From Bacillales bacterium UBA7581 (GTDB lineage: Bacteria > Bacillota_I > Bacilli_A > RFN20 > CAG-826): a stretch of 64,000 nt of DNA. The stretch spans positions 16,616 to 80,615 of the forward strand of contig DLKT01000060.1 in the NCBI GenBank assembly GCA_002477825.1, given 5' to 3'. A model generated the notes under the pieces. It was not told the DNA's origin. It searched no databases and was given only the letters and a program-made list of their open reading frames with translations. Of the stretch, positions 58,546-64,000 are shown one piece after another (the stretch's first letter is position 1; every line of letters begins with the position of its first letter). A program made the translations under genes and the position numbers.

Positions 58546-60477
58546 ATGAAAAAAAAGAAAAGTTTTGTGCTTTTAGCGTTATCTTTCCTTCTCGCGTCTT
58601 GCGGAAATAAAGTACCTACAAGCACATCGAGTAGTCAACCAACTACAACCCCAACTTCTACTTCTATTACTACTCCTTCAAGTAATAGTTCATCTTCTAG
58701 TGTAGAAAGAGAAAAGCCTCGAATTCTTCTAGAAAATGAAGTTACCGAAGTAACCTGTAAAGCCGGAGAATATCTTCGCTTACCTAAAGGCTTTGCCCGT
58801 GATATGGATCAAAAAGATATAAGTAGTTCTATATCCACCTCTCTTTTAGAAAATGAAGGAGCCACTTTAAATAATGGTTATTTTATCGCTTCTTTAGCGG
58901 GAACTTATCATGTTCAATATGCGGTTAAAGATCATTTAGATACCGAAGCGACTTTTGATTTGCCAATCAAAGTTACTTCATGGTATGAAAACACCTACGA
59001 TGTTGGCGCTTATGGGAATTTAAAGGAATTTGAAAATAATAAAGTCTATAAAGATGGTTTAGAAAATACCTCTGCTTTATTATCTTTACCTTCTAACGCG
59101 CAATTTGTTTCTGATGATCGTGCGATTGAAGGAACTTCATTATATATCGATTTCTCTAGTCGTAGCGGCGAAAGTAATGCAATTACATTACCCGGTCTTT
59201 CTAATTATATTCAACCAGGAAAATGGACTATTTCCTTTGATGTGAAAATGGTTAAAGGTATTGGTTTTTCTGATTTCTTTGTTGGTTATAAAGAAGCTTC
59301 TAATAGTGATAATCAACAAATTTCATTAGCGAAAGTAGCGTTTGGAGAAACAACTCGCGTTACTTATACTGGTGTATTAAATGTAGACACACAAAAAGAT
59401 TATACCTTCCAAATTTTTAAAATGAATAATGGATCTAATGCTATCAGCTTAGATAACTTTGACATTCGTTACGAAGAAGTAAGCTACACCTTCTATACAC
59501 CAACCGTTGAAGATTTAAAGAAAGGTGTTACCATTGATTGGAATGACAAATTCATGCCGATTACCTCTTCTGTTCCTCAAACGGTTTCGGAAATTGAATC
59601 GGATGCGGTTCGTCAAGAATTAGAAGCCTCCCCTGCTTTTGGTGAAACTTGCTTATATATGTATGGAACCGGAGATCATAACTTAACGGGTATTGAAAGA
59701 GATGTAGACCCAGACTATTTTGATACCTCTATGGTTTATAACTTTAAATTCACCTATTATGCAATGTCTGTAAGTGCTCACTATATCATTATCATCGATG
59801 GATCTGCAGATAATGTTAACGTAGCTTCTGGTTTCTTAAAAACTGGTTTAAATGAAGCAGACATTTCTTTCCAAGTACCTAAAAATGCTAAGAGAATTAC
59901 TTTCTATGGTACCTATGATATGTATGTTGGAAAAATGGAAATTTCTTTGACCAAATCTACCGTTAATTCTCGTACAGATACTTACAAACCAGCCAATGAT
60001 GAAATCATCAAAGAAGGCGGTTATACCTGGGATTATAGCGAAAATAACGCAATCGACTTAGGTGGATTCTTGTTTGCAGACACTGCAAGTCTTTCTTCGG
60101 AAATTCAAGAATCCATTCAAGGATTAACTTCTTTCTCTTCTCAAGTTATTAAAGCCGACTTTATTAATGGTGGCGGTCGTCAATTACTCAGTGTCGCTAA
60201 TGTCTTATCGTTAGACTATTCCTACACTTTATCCTTTGACGCCTATTGTGAAAGTGGTAAAACCGTCTTAGTTCTACTTTACGGAAATTCCCAAATTGGA
60301 AATCACTTCACAATGCAAAAAGCTGCTGTTAGTGGTCATACCAATGTCTACCACTATTCGGTAACCTTTACTCCAAAAAATGGAACAAATAATGATTTTA
60401 AAACCATTATGCTTTACCCACAAGCGACCTTTACTATGTATATCGGTAACATCACGCTGAGTGGTGTGAAAAACTAG
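58546..60477 (+). CDS. Hypothetical surface lipoprotein with a Ser/Thr-rich linker
   Basis: Lipobox LLASCGNKVPTSTSSSQPTTTPTS. About 600 aa of beta-rich sequence without catalytic motifs. Track start 58528, preferred ATG 58546 (MKKKKSF). Confidence 0.5.
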   Translation: MKKKKSFVLLALSFLLASCGNKVPTSTSSSQPTTTPTSTSITTPSSNSSSSSVEREKPRILLENEVTEVTCKAGEYLRLPKGFARDMDQKDISSSISTSLLENEGATLNNGYFIASLAGTYHVQYAVKDHLDTEATFDLPIKVTSWYENTYDVGAYGNLKEFENNKVYKDGLENTSALLSLPSNAQFVSDDRAIEGTSLYIDFSSRSGESNAITLPGLSNYIQPGKWTISFDVKMVKGIGFSDFFVGYKEASNSDNQQISLAKVAFGETTRVTYTGVLNVDTQKDYTFQIFKMNNGSNAISLDNFDIRYEEVSYTFYTPTVEDLKKGVTIDWNDKFMPITSSVPQTVSEIESDAVRQELEASPAFGETCLYMYGTGDHNLTGIERDVDPDYFDTSMVYNFKFTYYAMSVSAHYIIIIDGSADNVNVASGFLKTGLNEADISFQVPKNAKRITFYGTYDMYVGKMEISLTKSTVNSRTDTYKPANDEIIKEGGYTWDYSENNAIDLGGFLFADTASLSSEIQESIQGLTSFSSQVIKADFINGGGRQLLSVANVLSLDYSYTLSFDAYCESGKTVLVLLYGNSQIGNHFTMQKAAVSGHTNVYHYSVTFTPKNGTNNDFKTIMLYPQATFTMYIGNITLSGVKN

Positions 60478-60489
60478 GAGGAATTCATC

Positions 60490-62871
60490 ATGAAAAAAAG
60501 ATTGATTATATGTTCTCTTGCTCTTATTTCTTCTATTCTATCGTCGAATCCAGCGAAAAAAGTAAATGCTGATGTCAACTTAAATCCAATCGATGGAATT
60601 TATTATCAAGAAACCTTTGAAGATAAAACCGAAGTTCCTTCTGATTTAACTTTGATTTCTGGAAAAACAAATCTAACTGTTGAAGACGGAAAATTACATT
60701 TCTCTTATGATAGTAGTGGTTATAGCTTCGTTGCTTTACCTTTATCATTAAGTTCGTTAGGTAACTACACCATTGATATTCGTTATGCTTTTGGATCACA
60801 GGCCTCCGATAGTGGTCGTTTCTCCGCAATTGGCTATCGTGCAAATATCGATGATACCAAAGCTTTAAAAGAATTCTATTTAATGAACTTTAGAAGAGAT
60901 GGAAGAACGGCAAATGGCGCTCGAAATGCGGGGGGTACCTTCACCGCTGATGGAGGATTAAATAACGTCGGCGCACCCGAAGTCAACAAATACTATAACA
61001 TTAAGATTGTAGTGGATGGCGAAGTTGCCAAACACTATCATGAAAATGTTTTAGTGCAAACCGTCAATTTAAAAACCGATTCTAACTATCAAAAAGTTTT
61101 AGGCGCAAATGGTTATCGTGAAACAGGTGCTATCTTTATCGCTACAATGAAAACTGAATTCTTTGTGGATGAAATCACAGTTCGTCAAAATGAAAATGTG
61201 GTATCTCGTGATTATATGATGGATACTTATCACAAAAAAACCAATTTAACTAGAACTCCTTCTGTTTATAGTTCCATCAAAGATAACGCTGCATATACGA
61301 GTTTAAAGGAAGCTGCTGAAAGTAAAAAAATGCGTCCAACTGGTGTTATCATGAATTTCAATGATAATCTTAGTGTACTTGCTGATGATGGACAAATTTT
61401 AGGTACATTAGATGCGACACTTGCTTCATTCAATAAAGCGGTAATTCCTATGCTAAAAGCGGATAACGCAACACAAGCACAAAAAATTGCTGATTATGCA
61501 AAAGCCTCCAACTTAGTAGATGGTTTCTATGTTTCTAATCAAATGGAACTCATCCAACAAATGAAAACAGCTTATGCTAAATTGTCATCTTTATATATTT
61601 TACCCGATGACTTTACTTACTCTAAAGCAAACATCAAAACTTTAGTAGAAAATGCAAATAAAGCCAGTGTCCGTGCGATTCTTGTTCCTTCCAATTTTGA
61701 AGAAGAAGGCATCACCTATTTACAAAATCATATGATTACTGTCATGACGAAAGGCGAAACCGAAAATGAAATCGTAGAAGGCGTTCTTCATGGCGCAACC
61801 GGTATTTATACTGGAGATGTAAATTTAGCTTACAATACTTTTAACACCTTTAAAAAAGGCACACTTACAAGAAAGCCTAACGTTATTGGTCATAGAGGTA
61901 TGTTATCTTCTACTACTGTAGAAAACACACTTTCTGCCTTTAAAGAAGCTTTTGAAAAAGGTGCGAATGCATTAGAAATGGATCTTCACGTCACTTCTGA
62001 TAGAAAGATTGTTGTAAACCATGATGATAATGTAAATGGCAAGAAAATTGCGAATATGACTTTAGCGGAAGTTCAAGCCATCGATTTCATTAGAGGAAAT
62101 AAAGTTCATCATTTGTCCTCTTTAGAAGAAGTCTTTGATTATTTTAAAGATAAAGATGTCATGTTAGCGCTTGAAATTAAAATCAATAACCAAGATCTCA
62201 TTCCTCTCTTAAAAGAACTCTTTGAACAATATAAAGATACCGACATTCAAGAAAAATGTTTCTTCATCGGTTTCTACGATAAAATTAGTATGTTTAAATT
62301 AGTTCGTGAACAACTTCCAACCATGAGTATTGAAGTCTTCCCTTCTACGGGTGTAACCGTACAAAGCGCTATGAACTTAGCCACACAAGTCAATGCAGCC
62401 GTGAATCCAGATAAAAATATTATTCCTGAAAACTTCATTCAAGATATGCAAGATCGTGGTTATATGGTGAATACCTATACCTATAATGGCACACAAGAAG
62501 AATACATTGAACATTATATTGATGGATATTTCGGTTTAACAACTGATTACCCAAATTGGTCAATGAACTTCATTAGTGAAGTCATCAATCAAGAAATCAA
62601 CATTCCTGTTGGTGAAAAAAATGCAGCTTATGTACCATTAAAAGTAAAAACAAGAAAAGGTGAAATTAAAATCGTTTACTCTTTTGAAGCCACAAGTTCT
62701 GATATCGTTACGTTAAGTGATGGAAGAATGTATATGAAAGAAGCAAAAGACGTTGAAAGTCGTATTATTTATCATTTTACCATTGATAATCAATACGGAT
62801 ACTACATCTATTCTTCTCTTCTCACCATTCATGGTCAAGCCGTAAATATTCAAGATCCTTTTAACAAGTAA
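60490..62871 (+). CDS. Secreted multidomain protein with a C-terminal glycerophosphodiester phosphodiesterase (GDPD) domain
   Basis: Signal peptide MKKRLIICSLALISSILSS with cleavage near VNA-DV. GDPD catalytic region NVIGHRGMLSSTTVENTLSAFKEAFEKGANALEMDLHVTSDRKIVVNHDDNV. The N-terminal 440 aa are unassigned. Confidence 0.7.
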   Translation: MKKRLIICSLALISSILSSNPAKKVNADVNLNPIDGIYYQETFEDKTEVPSDLTLISGKTNLTVEDGKLHFSYDSSGYSFVALPLSLSSLGNYTIDIRYAFGSQASDSGRFSAIGYRANIDDTKALKEFYLMNFRRDGRTANGARNAGGTFTADGGLNNVGAPEVNKYYNIKIVVDGEVAKHYHENVLVQTVNLKTDSNYQKVLGANGYRETGAIFIATMKTEFFVDEITVRQNENVVSRDYMMDTYHKKTNLTRTPSVYSSIKDNAAYTSLKEAAESKKMRPTGVIMNFNDNLSVLADDGQILGTLDATLASFNKAVIPMLKADNATQAQKIADYAKASNLVDGFYVSNQMELIQQMKTAYAKLSSLYILPDDFTYSKANIKTLVENANKASVRAILVPSNFEEEGITYLQNHMITVMTKGETENEIVEGVLHGATGIYTGDVNLAYNTFNTFKKGTLTRKPNVIGHRGMLSSTTVENTLSAFKEAFEKGANALEMDLHVTSDRKIVVNHDDNVNGKKIANMTLAEVQAIDFIRGNKVHHLSSLEEVFDYFKDKDVMLALEIKINNQDLIPLLKELFEQYKDTDIQEKCFFIGFYDKISMFKLVREQLPTMSIEVFPSTGVTVQSAMNLATQVNAAVNPDKNIIPENFIQDMQDRGYMVNTYTYNGTQEEYIEHYIDGYFGLTTDYPNWSMNFISEVINQEINIPVGEKNAAYVPLKVKTRKGEIKIVYSFEATSSDIVTLSDGRMYMKEAKDVESRIIYHFTIDNQYGYYIYSSLLTIHGQAVNIQDPFNK

Positions 62872-62878
62872 AAATGAA

Positions 62879-62914
62879 AAGAGGCCTTCACTACTTAGTG
62901 AGGGCCTTTTTTAT
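62879..62914. terminator. Bidirectional rho-independent terminator between the convergent genes
   Basis: GAGGCCTTCACTA-CT-TAGTGAGGGCC stem followed by TTTTTTATT. Confidence 0.65.
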
Positions 62915-63940
62915 TGAAAAATCAGTAAAATCAAAAATAAAATTTGCTTTAATCTTCTGCTTAGAATATCGATAAGAACCAACGAACACTAAAGTAGCGT
63001 TAAAAAGAAGTTCTTCTTGTTTTGCTGCATAATGAATCTTAGCCGTGGGTTTTAAACATTCTTTGGCCTTATTGAAATAAACATCATCATAGAACCATAT
63101 CGCATCCGTTTCTTTTGCTAATCGTTTGATTAATTTTAATACATAATTCTTTTCTACATCAAAAGGTGGTTCAATTCCTAAAAAAGCAATTTTTTTCATG
63201 TTTTGGCAATGAACTATTTTAGTTAATGCGGTAATTATTTTTTCTTCTATTTCTTTTTCATAAGTTAAAAGCGATGGTGTGGTGAATCGATTAGTAGGAC
63301 TTCTTTTAAAAAGAGAGAGATTTTTCATGATATTTAGTTTTTCTAATACATAAATCAGATCATCATTATTTTTTTCTTTTTCCATCATTTCACTTAATTG
63401 GTCTTTAAAGAATGTATTCATCATTTCATAGTAATTTTCTAGAACCAGTGGCACTTTTAAAGAAGTTTCTATATTGGTATAAATCGTTTCAATTTCTTGA
63501 AGATACAAAGATTCTATTAAAAAATGCATGGCTAAATGTTCTTCATCTTCTCTACAGCCAATCAGCAAGAGCAATGGATAAAAAACATTGAGAAACATAT
63601 TGTTTTGATTTCGAATGATAGGCCAATTTAAAACATGTGCTTTTTTATGTCGATCATTTAAAAACTGATAAAGCGTCTGATTTATTCTAATAGAAGATGA
63701 TTCTGTTAGGATAACATAAGGTAAAAGTTCCCAGGATACTTCATCTAAAATTTCCCATTCACTCTTTTTTAATTGATTGATGATGATCCACTGAAAATCT
63801 TTCTTTAGCCAATTTTTATCGGACGAAAAAAAGATATTTTCTTTATATAACGAAAATACCTCGCTTAAACCTTGAATTCTTTTATCATAATATCCTTTTT
63901 GCAAAAAGTTGGTTTTATTTTTATCAACGTCAAAAGCCAC
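62891..63940 (-). CDS. Hypothetical protein (349 aa)
   Basis: Long ORF with no motif I could assign. The 3' end overlaps the terminator hairpin. Confidence 0.35.
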   Translation of the reverse strand: MAFDVDKNKTNFLQKGYYDKRIQGLSEVFSLYKENIFFSSDKNWLKKDFQWIIINQLKKSEWEILDEVSWELLPYVILTESSSIRINQTLYQFLNDRHKKAHVLNWPIIRNQNNMFLNVFYPLLLLIGCREDEEHLAMHFLIESLYLQEIETIYTNIETSLKVPLVLENYYEMMNTFFKDQLSEMMEKEKNNDDLIYVLEKLNIMKNLSLFKRSPTNRFTTPSLLTYEKEIEEKIITALTKIVHCQNMKKIAFLGIEPPFDVEKNYVLKLIKRLAKETDAIWFYDDVYFNKAKECLKPTAKIHYAAKQEELLFNATLVFVGSYRYSKQKIKANFIFDFTDFSIKKALTK

Positions 63941-64000
63941 TACTTGGTAGTGGGCTTTAGCAAATAATAATGATAAAAATATTCCTTGTTCATCTAATCC

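Noticed and set aside
62891-63940. Assigning a methyltransferase/Rossmann function to the last 349-aa ORF
   Set aside because: No SAM-binding or other diagnostic motif could be identified by eye. Left as hypothetical.

Overview
This is a low-GC (about 30%) window, probably from a Firmicute/Mollicute-like lineage. The evidence is the number of lipoproteins with LxSCG lipoboxes, the MalK/MsmK-type ABC ATPases carrying long internal insertions, and long intact ORFs under the standard code, so TGA is a stop (Acholeplasma/Anaeroplasma/Erysipelotrichia-like rather than Mycoplasma). Most of the window is two hemicellulose-utilisation loci, almost all on the minus strand. Locus 1 (1-12106) holds a solute-binding lipoprotein, two permeases, a GH2, an insertion-bearing ABC ATPase, three GH43 genes and a cre-like site in the 5' UTR. 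Locus 2 (26935-43712) holds a divergent LacI regulator with two 16-bp palindromic operators, two large surface lipoproteins, two GH43 lipoproteins, a solute-binding protein, two permeases, an ABC ATPase, GH36 alpha-galactosidase, GH43 and a SASA-type esterase. Between the loci are a membrane-protein/lipoprotein pair, a MATE-type transporter, a second LacI regulator, a 923-aa cysteine-rich surface lipoprotein, an SGNH esterase lipoprotein, a GH3, an auto-inhibited Fic protein flanked by unusual 33-bp palindromic elements, and enolase. The right part carries an AbiEi/AbiEii abortive-infection/toxin-antitoxin pair beside an AT-rich gap with 33-bp tandem repeats. It also carries housekeeping genes (rlmD-like, metG, rpmE), a NYN-LOTUS protein, a heterodimeric ABC exporter, an uncharacterised operon (membrane protein, 617-aa protein, LemA), and an AraC regulator divergent from a lipoprotein plus a secreted GDPD-fusion protein. 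No rRNA, tRNA, CRISPR, integrase or transposase was recognised. The most novel signal is a paralogous family of surface lipoproteins (BIG2-like repeats plus a shared PKFG...LRDG-YY domain) that recurs in three loci next to glycan-import machinery.
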